A stretch of 64,000 nt of DNA from Chitinophagaceae bacterium (GTDB taxonomy: Bacteria > Bacteroidota > Bacteroidia > Chitinophagales > Chitinophagaceae): contig DAOOQH010000001.1 of the NCBI GenBank assembly GCA_035388625.1, positions 463 to 64,462 of the forward strand, in the 5' to 3' direction. Shown one piece after another: positions 18,051 to 26,622 of the stretch. The notes beneath the pieces were generated by a model. The model did not search any database and had not been told where the DNA came from. It saw only the letters and a program-made list of their open reading frames with translations. Position 1 is the first letter of the stretch. Every line of letters begins with the position of its first letter. Position numbers and translations under genes: made by a program.

Positions 18051-19325
18051 ATGTCAGAAAACTTATTACAATTTATTTGGCTACATCGCTTTTATAATAG
18101 CCAAACAGCATTAAAAACCATTGAAGGAGAAAAAATAATTGTGATTCATCCAGGTATATTGAATACCAATGCGGGTCCCGATTTTTTAGAAGCCCAACTA
18201 AAAATTGGCGAAACACTTTGGGCAGGCAATATTGAAATTCATATAAAAAGCAGCGATTGGAATAAACATCATCATCATACAGATATGAAATATTCGAAAC
18301 TCATTTTACATGTGGTTTATGAATACGATGCACCTATTGAAACGCTGAACCAAACAATGTTTCCAACCTTAGAACTCAAGAATGCAATAAATTTAGATCT
18401 TCTTCAACGATATGAGAAATTACTTTCTTCAAAGAAATTTATAGCTTGCGAAAATGTAATCTCGCAGGTTAAACCATTGACTGTCCAACAACAATTATCA
18501 CGCATGTTGGCAGAACGACTTGAAGAAAAAACTTATCTTATTGCTGATATGCTTCATAAATTCAATAATGATTGGCATCATGTTTTTTATATTCAATTAG
18601 CCAGAGGTTTTGGTTTACATATTAATCAAGATGCATTTGAACAACTCGCTTTGCAAACACCACTCAATTTGCTTGCAAAACATAAACATAATTGTCTTCA
18701 AATTGAAGCATTGCTATTTGGTCAAGCTGGATTTTTATTTGACTATTTTGATGAAGATTACCCTATACTACTTCAAAAAGAATATGCTTATCTGAGTAAG
18801 CTCTATAATTTGCAGGCTATTGATAAATATCATTGGAAATTTTTGCGATTACGTCCTGCCAATTTCCCTACACTTCGAATCGCACAATTTGCATCTCTTG
18901 TGGTTGATTCAAATCAACTTCTTTCAAAAATTTTTGAAGTCAATTCAATCAAAGAAATTTATCAACTTTTCAATATTCGTGTTTCAAACTACTGGCTTAA
19001 TCATTACAATTTTCAAGAAAAATCTATCTTTCGAAACAAATCACTTGGTACAAGTTTTGTTTCCACGTTAATTATAAACGCTATTATTCCAACCCTTTTT
19101 ATTTATGGCAAATTACAAGGTCGAGATGAATATTGCAATAAAGCCATTCGATTCTTAGAAGAAATCAACTCCGAATCAAATTCAATTATTCAAGCATGGT
19201 CTGATCTTGGAATACCCATTCAATCTGCCGCTGATTCACAAGCTTTACTTCAACTAAAAAATAAATACTGTGATTCTAAAAGATGCCTTGAATGTAGTAT
19301 TGGCTATTCAATACTTAAAATCTAG
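18051..19325 (+). CDS. DUF2851 family protein
   Basis: 424 aa. The opening EN/E.LLQFIW.. ..L.T..G..I.V..PG..N...GPDF and the C-terminal C..C cysteine pair match the conserved Bacteroidota DUF2851 family as I recall it. Confidence 0.7.
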   Translation: MSENLLQFIWLHRFYNSQTALKTIEGEKIIVIHPGILNTNAGPDFLEAQLKIGETLWAGNIEIHIKSSDWNKHHHHTDMKYSKLILHVVYEYDAPIETLNQTMFPTLELKNAINLDLLQRYEKLLSSKKFIACENVISQVKPLTVQQQLSRMLAERLEEKTYLIADMLHKFNNDWHHVFYIQLARGFGLHINQDAFEQLALQTPLNLLAKHKHNCLQIEALLFGQAGFLFDYFDEDYPILLQKEYAYLSKLYNLQAIDKYHWKFLRLRPANFPTLRIAQFASLVVDSNQLLSKIFEVNSIKEIYQLFNIRVSNYWLNHYNFQEKSIFRNKSLGTSFVSTLIINAIIPTLFIYGKLQGRDEYCNKAIRFLEEINSESNSIIQAWSDLGIPIQSAADSQALLQLKNKYCDSKRCLECSIGYSILKI

Positions 19326-21418
19326 TTGTGTCCATCATTATGAATAAGATTTAAAAAATCTTCTTCATTCATGATATGAATTGTGCCTAATTTTTTCGCT
19401 TTTTCTAATTTACTTCCAGCATCTTCACCAACTACCAAATAATTTAATTTGCTACTTACACTACCTAAAATATTTCCACCTTTCGATTCAACTAAAGCTT
19501 CAGCATCGCTGCGTTTCATGGTCATGGTGCCAGTAAACAAAAATGTTTTTCCAACCAAGCCACCATCATTATATTCTTGTTTCAAATCGTTTTTAAAATT
19601 CAATCCGCACGCTTCAAGTTCATCAATTAATTTTCTATTATCTGGATGTGAAAAGAAATCAACAATAGAGCCGGCTACTTTAATACCGATATCTTCCAAT
19701 TGACAAAGATCTTCAACTGTCATTTTATATAAATCTGAAATATGTTGAATATTTCGCGCTAAGGTTTTAGCAGTTGTTTCACCCACATATCGAATGCCTA
19801 AACCAAATAAAATGCGATTCAGTGTTTGGGTTTTTGATTTCTCAATTGAATCTTTCAAATTCAGCATCGATCGTTCGCCAAAACCTTCTAAACCCTTTAT
19901 CTTTTCATAAGGTAATTGATAAATACCAGTGAGCGTGTGGAGATAACCTTGTTCAAAAAACTTACGAACCAAAGCATCGCCTAAACCTCTTATATCCATT
20001 GCATCTTTCGAAGCGAAATGCGCAATTCGTTCTATCACTTGAGCTTCGCAATTTATATTTGTGCACCGCCAAACAGCCTCTTCTAAAGGCTTGTATAAAA
20101 CTTCGTTGCAAACCGGACAATGGGTTAGAAATTGAATTGGCTGTTCGCTCCCATTTCTTAACTCAGGAAAAGATTTTACTACATAAGGTATTACATCTCC
20201 TGCTCTTTCTATTAAGACCGTATCACCTATCATTAAATTTTTTTCTTTCACAACCTCTTCATTAAATAATGAAAGTGAGCTAATGGTAACACCTCCAACA
20301 TAAACAGGTTCTATTTTCGCAACTGGTGTAATACTACCGGTTCTACCCACTTGATACTCGACATTTAGTAATTTACTGGTAGCTTGTCTGGCTTTAAACT
20401 TGAAGGCAATGGCCCATCTCGGATGATGCGAAGTTTGACCTATTTTGTCTTGCAATTCCAAACGATTGACTTTAATCACCATGCCATCTATTTCGTAGGG
20501 TAATTCATCACGTTTTAATTCAAATTCATTGCAAGTAGCAATCACATCTTGAATGCTATTCACAAGTTTCGTATTTGCAAAGGACGTTTTGAATCCTATT
20601 GACTCAAGGCTTTTCAGCGTGTCATAATGAGTTCTGAATTCATTTGGATACGCCATTTCTTTATCTAGGGTTAAATTACTGACATGATATAAAAAACAAT
20701 CCAATCCACGTTTTGCAACTTCTTTAGGATCTTTCATTCGTAATGAGCCTGACGCGGCATTTCGAGGATTTGCTAATGGAGGGTTTCCATCAGCCACTAA
20801 TTTTTCATTGGATACAATAAATGTTTTTTTATTGATCAATACCTCTCCTCTTATTTCAATTTGTTGAATATGAAATTTTTTAAGATTGGCATATAAAGGG
20901 ATGGATCGAATTTGCTTGGCATTATTGGTCATTTCATCTCCTTGTACTCCATCGCCTCGAGTTGCAGCACGAGACAAATATTCATTTTCGTAAACCAGAG
21001 AAATACTTGCACCATCAAACTTGGGCTCAATACAATATTCAATTATTTCTTCATTACATAATTCCCTACATTTTCTATCCCAATCAATTAAATCATTGGC
21101 ATTATAACTATTTTCTAAACTCAACATAGGAACTAAATGCGATACCGAAGGAAAATCCTTGTTTAAACCTTTTGCAATTCGCTGTGTTGGTGAATCTTGT
21201 GTGATGCTATTGGGAAATTCGCTTTCAAGATCCTTTAGTTTCTTAAATAATAAATCGTATTCTTGATCTGCTAAAATTGGATTATCATTGACATAGTAAG
21301 TCCAATCGGCAAAATTCAGTACCTCTTTTAATGCCGAAATTCTATCGATCCCTACATTGGTTTCAATCATATTTTTTGCCTTTGAAATCAATTCGGCTTG
21401 CTGGGCGATACTATACAT
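19322..21418 (-). CDS. ligA: NAD-dependent DNA ligase
   Basis: Adenylation motif EPKFDGASISL (KxDG), OB fold, Zn finger CPVCNE..C.N..C, HhH repeats and a C-terminal BRCT domain (GKTFLFTGTM...). Confidence 0.95.
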   Translation of the reverse strand: MYSIAQQAELISKAKNMIETNVGIDRISALKEVLNFADWTYYVNDNPILADQEYDLLFKKLKDLESEFPNSITQDSPTQRIAKGLNKDFPSVSHLVPMLSLENSYNANDLIDWDRKCRELCNEEIIEYCIEPKFDGASISLVYENEYLSRAATRGDGVQGDEMTNNAKQIRSIPLYANLKKFHIQQIEIRGEVLINKKTFIVSNEKLVADGNPPLANPRNAASGSLRMKDPKEVAKRGLDCFLYHVSNLTLDKEMAYPNEFRTHYDTLKSLESIGFKTSFANTKLVNSIQDVIATCNEFELKRDELPYEIDGMVIKVNRLELQDKIGQTSHHPRWAIAFKFKARQATSKLLNVEYQVGRTGSITPVAKIEPVYVGGVTISSLSLFNEEVVKEKNLMIGDTVLIERAGDVIPYVVKSFPELRNGSEQPIQFLTHCPVCNEVLYKPLEEAVWRCTNINCEAQVIERIAHFASKDAMDIRGLGDALVRKFFEQGYLHTLTGIYQLPYEKIKGLEGFGERSMLNLKDSIEKSKTQTLNRILFGLGIRYVGETTAKTLARNIQHISDLYKMTVEDLCQLEDIGIKVAGSIVDFFSHPDNRKLIDELEACGLNFKNDLKQEYNDGGLVGKTFLFTGTMTMKRSDAEALVESKGGNILGSVSSKLNYLVVGEDAGSKLEKAKKLGTIHIMNEEDFLNLIHNDGHN

Positions 21419-21465
21419 ATTGATGAAAAACTTTAAATTGGGTTGAATGATTTAATCAATAAAAT

Positions 21466-22308
21466 TTAATTTGCTTTGATTCGAAGTAAGACTTGCCAGG
21501 CATGATCAACTTCATTTTTATCTAAATATTCTTGAGCTAATTGCTCCAAATAATCAGTTGATTTTAATTTAAAATGAATATCAATTTGTGGTATTGATGT
21601 ACTATTACCTAGCTGCCCCAATTGATTACCTGTTAGTACTTTGCTTTGTCTAATAAATTCAGGCAATGCATCTATTCCAATTCCTAAATTTAAATTTGGT
21701 TTAGCTACTTCAAAAACCGCATTGCCGCTTGCTCTGCAATAATAGTCGGCACCCATTCTTGCAACCAAATCAATTTTGTGTGGATCAATTTGTTGGTTCT
21801 CATTTAAAACATCATTATTGATATGCATCATTAATACTTCACAAATAATTAAATTCCCTGCACCACCTTCTGATCCTGTTTCTTTCACTTCGAGTACCTT
21901 ACACTCAAATTGCACTGGCGATTCTTTAACTCTAAATGGCTTTACTATTTCGGATGCAATTGGTGTTAACCCCGACTTCTCGAATTCGCTTATACCTTTT
22001 GGATATTCACAACTGCTCAAACTCATTTGTTGAACAATTGCATAATTCACTACATTAATAACTACCTCTTTTGTTTCAATTGCATTTTCAAGGGTATGCT
22101 TAATGGTATTATCCCTTACCCTTCGCGCTGGCGAAAATATCAATATGGGTGGCTTGCTTCCAAAAACATTAAAAAAACTAAATGGCGACAGATTTACATT
22201 TCCTGATGCATCAATGGTTGAAGCAAAGCAAATGGGTCGTGGCGCTATTGCACTCAGTAGGTATTGATGAAACTGAGCTGTTTTTAATTCTGATGGTTTA
22301 AATTTCAT
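21466..22308 (-). CDS. flavin reductase-like FMN-binding protein
   Basis: N-terminal PRPI.F.ST.D..G..NLSPFSFFN pattern of the split-barrel flavin reductase (DIM6/NTAB) family. Confidence 0.8.
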   Translation of the reverse strand: MKFKPSELKTAQFHQYLLSAIAPRPICFASTIDASGNVNLSPFSFFNVFGSKPPILIFSPARRVRDNTIKHTLENAIETKEVVINVVNYAIVQQMSLSSCEYPKGISEFEKSGLTPIASEIVKPFRVKESPVQFECKVLEVKETGSEGGAGNLIICEVLMMHINNDVLNENQQIDPHKIDLVARMGADYYCRASGNAVFEVAKPNLNLGIGIDALPEFIRQSKVLTGNQLGQLGNSTSIPQIDIHFKLKSTDYLEQLAQEYLDKNEVDHAWQVLLRIKAN

Positions 22309-22347
22309 ATGTATTTATTATTTCTTATTGAGCAAGTTTGCAAAATA

Positions 22348-23064
22348 TTAGACGAGTTCTAGAAGCTTAATTGCTTCTTCAGCGGCTATTTTACTTGCTT
22401 CTTTTTTATTACTTGCCATTGATGTGGCAATAATTTCATCTTCGTATTTTACACCGATTGTAAATTTCTTTCTTCCCTTATCCATTGTTTCTTCGAGCAC
22501 AACAAAATCAATTGTTTTACCTTGTTTACTAGCCCAACCTATTAATTTATTCTTCATATTCACTTCGATACTTTCTAAAAATTCAATATCAACAAATGGA
22601 AGTAGTATACGTTTACGAAGAAAGGTCCTTGTTTTGGCATAGCCCTTATCAATATAAATTGCGCCAATTAATGCTTCGAGGGCGTTTCCAAATATGAGCG
22701 AATTTCTTAAAAAATAATCTTGTTCATTAAATTTCATCAAGGTTTTCAAACCAATTTTTAATGCAATTTGATTCAGGGTTTTTCGATTCACAATTTTCGA
22801 TCTCATATCGGTCAAATATCCTTCAGGCTTAGTTGGATATTTATTAAAAAGGTATTCTCCAATAATAGCACCTAAAATAGCATCACCCAAAAACTCGAGA
22901 CGTTCGTTGTTCTCTGTTGAATTCGCGTTATTTGATCGATGGCAAAGTGCTAATTCATATAAGGCAATATTATTTGGTGTAAAACCAAGCATGGTTTGTA
23001 GGTCCTTGTATAATGGACTATCATTTATAAAAAACTGCGCTATAAAATCAGGTACGAATCGCAA
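22348..23064 (-). CDS. rnc: ribonuclease III
   Basis: RNase III signature NERLEFLGDA, a second catalytic segment (GNALEALIGAIY) and a C-terminal dsRBD. Only a TTG start (23062..23064) precedes the conserved N-terminal LGF.P.N..LY region. Confidence 0.9.
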   Translation of the reverse strand: MRFVPDFIAQFFINDSPLYKDLQTMLGFTPNNIALYELALCHRSNNANSTENNERLEFLGDAILGAIIGEYLFNKYPTKPEGYLTDMRSKIVNRKTLNQIALKIGLKTLMKFNEQDYFLRNSLIFGNALEALIGAIYIDKGYAKTRTFLRKRILLPFVDIEFLESIEVNMKNKLIGWASKQGKTIDFVVLEETMDKGRKKFTIGVKYEDEIIATSMASNKKEASKIAAEEAIKLLELV

Positions 23065-23091
23065 AGCAAATTATTTATTTTCATCTGCAAA

Positions 23092-24864
23092 TTAATATGA
23101 CTTTGCCCAAACTGCTAATTTATTTTCTAGAACTTCTAAAGGCATATTGCCTCCTTCAAGAAGTTGGGTATGAAAAGCTGGCAGATTAAACTTATTTCCT
23201 AATTCCTTCTGATACTTTTCACGCATTCTAGAAATCGTAATTTGTCCAATTTTATAAGACAGTGCTTGACCTGGAATGGCCATATAACGCTCAATTTCAG
23301 AGGTAGCTTCTTCAATCGAAATTCGTTCATTGTCGCGCATATACTGAATTGCTTCTTCACGTGTCATATTTTTGGTATGTAATGAAACATCCACTACAAG
23401 GCGTATTGCACGATGCATAGCATCACTTAAATGACCTAGATATTGATAGGGATTGGTATAAAGTCCGAGATCCTTACCTAGTGTTTCGGTATAGAGCGCC
23501 CATCCTTCGGCATAGGCACTATAACCTAAAAATTTTCGAAACTGAGGTAATGCCTTGTTTTCTTGTTGTAATGATATTTGATAATGATGCCCTGGAATCG
23601 CTTCATGTAAAAATAGAGTCTCCATACCTACAATATTAAACTTTTTAGGATTTAATATGGGCGTGTAAAAAATTCCCGGCCTTGTACCATCTTCACTTCC
23701 AGCATTATACTCTGCACTTGCGCTTGCTGCTCTAAAGGCTTCAGTTTGCCGAATTTCAAACTTTGTTTTAGGTTCGGTTTCAAATAATTTGTTTAAATGA
23801 AGATCTTCAATTTTCTTAATTGCCCAAAAGCTATCGAGTACCTCTTGTGGTGTATTGAAAGGACAGAATTGCGGATCAGTATTTACAAAACTAAAAAAAT
23901 CTTGAAGACTTCCTTTAAAGTTTACTTGTTCTTTTACTTTCTCCATTTCTGATTTTAAGTAGGCAACTTCATTCAAACCGAGCCGATAAATACTATCTGG
24001 TGTTAAATTAGTTGTTGTAAAATTTTTAATTAAGAACTGGTAATAATCACCACCATTTGGTAAGGCTGATACACCATAGGTTTCCCTACACGCTGGCAAA
24101 TATTCTTGTTCAATAAATTTAGCAAGCTTGTTATACGAGGGAATAATAGAATTTGAAATTTGATAGAAGTAAGCGTTTTCTAGTTTCTTTTTTTCAGCCC
24201 TGGTAAAGTTTTCAGGCATATTTTTAACAGGTGTATAAAAAATATTTTTTGTTGGATCGATGGTTAACACTCCTTTGAGTTGAGGTACTACTTTTAAAGC
24301 CAATGACTTAGGAATTACATAACCCATTGCCATTCCTTTTCGCATATTTGCGATGGCGGTATCAGCCCATGAAGGAAAGAGTTTCATTCTCGCTTCAAAA
24401 TTTTCATAATCCTTTACAGTTTTAAATGGTTGATTACCTGAACCACTTCCTAATTGTGGGAATTCTAAGGTGAAACTCCAAAATTGATTGATAGGCATTA
24501 AATGAGAAGGAAAATTTAAAGCTTCCAAATTATTATTGAGTTCATAAACAAAAAGCTCTTTGCTAATTTTATCTTCTTCACTTAAGTCGATATTCAATTC
24601 GTCTATTTGTGATAAGTACTTCTTATAAAAAGCTTTCATTTGGTTGCGATGCGTTTCACTAATTGTGATTGGCATCTTATCATTGTATCTTGAGTCGCCA
24701 ATGGCAGTGGCTTCAAGCGGCAAAAGTTGCAACCGTTCTTCCCAATAGGCTGAAAATAGGGCATTTAGCGAATCATTTTTTGTTGAAGATTTCGATTTCT
24801 CGTTTGAACTTGTGCATGATGCGTACATGCAAATTGTGAGTGCTAGAAGCAAGATGTATCTCAT
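23092..24864 (-). CDS. DUF885 family lipoprotein
   Basis: 590 aa, lipoprotein signal (..YASCTS) and the characteristic HEAIPGHHYQ motif of DUF885. Confidence 0.8.
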   Translation of the reverse strand: MRYILLLALTICMYASCTSSNEKSKSSTKNDSLNALFSAYWEERLQLLPLEATAIGDSRYNDKMPITISETHRNQMKAFYKKYLSQIDELNIDLSEEDKISKELFVYELNNNLEALNFPSHLMPINQFWSFTLEFPQLGSGSGNQPFKTVKDYENFEARMKLFPSWADTAIANMRKGMAMGYVIPKSLALKVVPQLKGVLTIDPTKNIFYTPVKNMPENFTRAEKKKLENAYFYQISNSIIPSYNKLAKFIEQEYLPACRETYGVSALPNGGDYYQFLIKNFTTTNLTPDSIYRLGLNEVAYLKSEMEKVKEQVNFKGSLQDFFSFVNTDPQFCPFNTPQEVLDSFWAIKKIEDLHLNKLFETEPKTKFEIRQTEAFRAASASAEYNAGSEDGTRPGIFYTPILNPKKFNIVGMETLFLHEAIPGHHYQISLQQENKALPQFRKFLGYSAYAEGWALYTETLGKDLGLYTNPYQYLGHLSDAMHRAIRLVVDVSLHTKNMTREEAIQYMRDNERISIEEATSEIERYMAIPGQALSYKIGQITISRMREKYQKELGNKFNLPAFHTQLLEGGNMPLEVLENKLAVWAKSY

Positions 24865-24986
24865 GAAAATAATTTGTAAGTTGTGAATATACTAGATCTT
24901 GAAGTAATTGTTCAAGGTTTTCTAAAATCTCATCATCAAAAAATGCTACTTAGTAAAATTTTTTTTTGTAGAATGAAATATCACTT

Positions 24987-24994
24987 TATATTTG
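24987..24994 (+). promoter_or_regulatory. orphan -7 box TATATTTG with TTTG 18 nt upstream
   Basis: Perfect TAnnTTTG on the plus strand, with TTTG at 24965..24968. No plus-strand CDS follows, only a hairpin terminator about 55 nt downstream. Confidence 0.3.
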
Positions 24995-24999
24995 CATCA

Positions 25000-25087
25000 A
25001 CAAACAGATAATTAAAATTTTTTCATAGGTTGATTTGGTTAGGGATTAAACAGTCTTTGCTTTTCCAAGCAGAGACTGTTCCTTTTT
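25000..25087 (+). ncRNA. candidate small RNA (promoter-to-terminator unit, about 85 nt)
   Basis: Bounded by the orphan -7 box and the plus-oriented terminator. Contains no ATG. A 5' hairpin atcaac/gttgat (24996..25001 with 25030..25035) precedes the terminator stem. Purely structural evidence. Confidence 0.3.
25049..25087 (+). terminator. intrinsic terminator, better formed on the plus strand (may also serve the convergent thioesterase gene)
   Basis: 14-bp stem 25049..25062 with 25067..25080 and tetraloop ttcc, followed by cc and T5 (25083..25087). The t57/g72 pair is a G-U wobble in plus-strand RNA but an A-C mismatch in minus-strand RNA. Confidence 0.6.
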
Positions 25088-25096
25088 AAGGAAGTC

Positions 25097-25633
25097 CTAT
25101 TTAGCCACTATATCTTCAACAAACAGTTTTTTAAGTTCTGTTGCCTCGTCAGGCTTCATTCTTCCAGATAAAATTAACCGTAATTGTCTGCGTCTCAAAG
25201 CACCATCAAATCGTCGAACATCTTCTTCTGTTTCGGGAGTTAACTGAGGCACAGCACGTGGTTTTCCATGAGGGTCAAGCGCAACAAATGTCATATAAGC
25301 CTCATTCGAAAGATATTTGAATTGGGTTGGCAAATCTTCGCCAGTAACTTTAATATAAACTTCCATACTTGTACTAAAAGCACGTGTAACTTTTGCTTCT
25401 ATTGTAACCACATTACCCAAACGAACTGGATTTTCGAATGAAATGCTATCGGCAGAAGCTGTTACAACCGGACAATTACAATGTTTCATGGAAGCCATAG
25501 CAGCCGCTATATCCATCCAATGCATTAATCGACCTCCCATTAAATTGCCTAAGGTATTTGTGTCATTGGGTAATATCAATTCACTCATTGTAGTGATTGA
25601 TTCTGAAGGTGTTTTTGCACGCATAATATTCAT
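25097..25633 (-). CDS. acyl-CoA thioesterase (hotdog fold)
   Basis: The pattern P.D.N..G.L.GG.LM.WMD.AA..A and a C-terminal helical tail are typical of the YciA/BFIT-type family. Start placed at ATG 25631..25633 (MNIMRAK), 11 nt downstream of a perfect -7 box. Confidence 0.85.
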   Translation of the reverse strand: MNIMRAKTPSESITTMSELILPNDTNTLGNLMGGRLMHWMDIAAAMASMKHCNCPVVTASADSISFENPVRLGNVVTIEAKVTRAFSTSMEVYIKVTGEDLPTQFKYLSNEAYMTFVALDPHGKPRAVPQLTPETEEDVRRFDGALRRRQLRLILSGRMKPDEATELKKLFVEDIVAK

Positions 25634-25644
25634 TTCTTTTGGAG

Positions 25645-25652
25645 CAAATCTA
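25645..25652 (-). promoter_or_regulatory. -7 box TAGATTTG upstream of the thioesterase gene
   Basis: Perfect TAnnTTTG on the minus strand, 11 nt before ATG 25633. Confidence 0.45.
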
Positions 25653-25665
25653 AGGTTTTCTGTAA

Positions 25666-25673
25666 TACCTTTG
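25666..25673 (+). promoter_or_regulatory. -7 box TACCTTTG upstream of the OmpA-family gene
   Basis: Perfect TAnnTTTG on the plus strand. The ATG codons at 25675 and 25681 follow 1 and 7 nt later, which favours 25681 as a leaderless start. Confidence 0.4.
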
Positions 25674-25680
25674 AATGATA

Positions 25681-26508
25681 ATGACAATCAAAAACCTATA
25701 TCCTATTATTGCTCTGCTATTATTTGGGCATTGGGTTCAGGCGCAAGAATTAATATATACAGTTCATTTCGACTTCAATAAAAGCAATATTCCCGATTCA
25801 GCAATGGTTGATATGGTTCAAATTATGCATAAACATTTAGTTGAAAAAATTGTAATTGAAGGTCATTGTGATAGTATTGGTTCAAAGGAATACAATTATA
25901 CATTGTCTGAGAAAAGAGCGAATGAAGTGAAAAAATTACTCATACAAAATGGTATTGAAAAAAAGGCTGTGCAAACATGTATTGGTTATGGCAAAGACAA
26001 ACCTTTATCGAAAAATGATTCAGAACAAGATCGTCAACAAAACAGAAGAGTGAATATCCATTTTTTCATAGCGAAACGTAAAGATGAAAAAGTAGCTAAA
26101 ACAAATGAGGTATTAAAGAGCAGTGATTTTGAGGTGGGAAAGAAAATAGTTTTAAAAAATCTTCATTTTTATGGAGGTCAACATGTTTTGCAACCCGAAT
26201 CAAAACCAGTGTTGGATAATTTATGTAAAATTTTAAGAGAGAATCCAAATCTAAAAATTGAAATCCAAGGTCATGTTTGTTGTACTACTTTTCAAGCCGA
26301 TGGATATGATATCGATACAAAAACAGATAATCTTTCTGTTACACGTGCCGAAATGGTGTATCTCTTTTTAACCACAAAATGTGGCATTTCTAAAAAAAGA
26401 CTTAGTTATACAGGCTTTGGAGGTACTCAAAAAATAATTGAAAATGATATTACAGAGGAGCAACAACGAATGAATAGGCGTGTAGAAATTAAGGTGATTG
26501 AAAATTAA
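25681..26508 (+). CDS. OmpA-family protein with two OmpA-like peptidoglycan-binding domains
   Basis: Signal peptide (..GHWVQAQ). Two copies of the OmpA C-terminal-like pattern (F.F.KS.I ... GH.D..G...YN..LS..RA ... NRRV.I). The start may be 25675 or 25681. Confidence 0.85.
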   Translation: MTIKNLYPIIALLLFGHWVQAQELIYTVHFDFNKSNIPDSAMVDMVQIMHKHLVEKIVIEGHCDSIGSKEYNYTLSEKRANEVKKLLIQNGIEKKAVQTCIGYGKDKPLSKNDSEQDRQQNRRVNIHFFIAKRKDEKVAKTNEVLKSSDFEVGKKIVLKNLHFYGGQHVLQPESKPVLDNLCKILRENPNLKIEIQGHVCCTTFQADGYDIDTKTDNLSVTRAEMVYLFLTTKCGISKKRLSYTGFGGTQKIIENDITEEQQRMNRRVEIKVIEN

Positions 26509-26622
26509 AAATCTAAATCTGATCTTTAAAAAATTAGCCATCTAATTTCTGTGGAGAAAGAAATATTAAAATCGTTGGTATACCAATATTTTGCTTAGGC
26601 TAGATTGTAGACGTTCCTTTTT

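Noticed and set aside
19322-19325. Convergent DUF2851 and ligA genes sharing overlapping stop codons in the tetranucleotide CTAG
   Set aside because: This is a real but trivial consequence of the palindromic TAG/CTA. It carries no functional implication beyond tight packing.
25443-25781. 112-aa plus-strand ORF overlapping the thioesterase gene and the start of the OmpA-family gene
   Set aside because: It lies antisense to a well-conserved hotdog thioesterase and its low-complexity product matches no recognisable family. It is a typical shadow ORF in AT-rich DNA.
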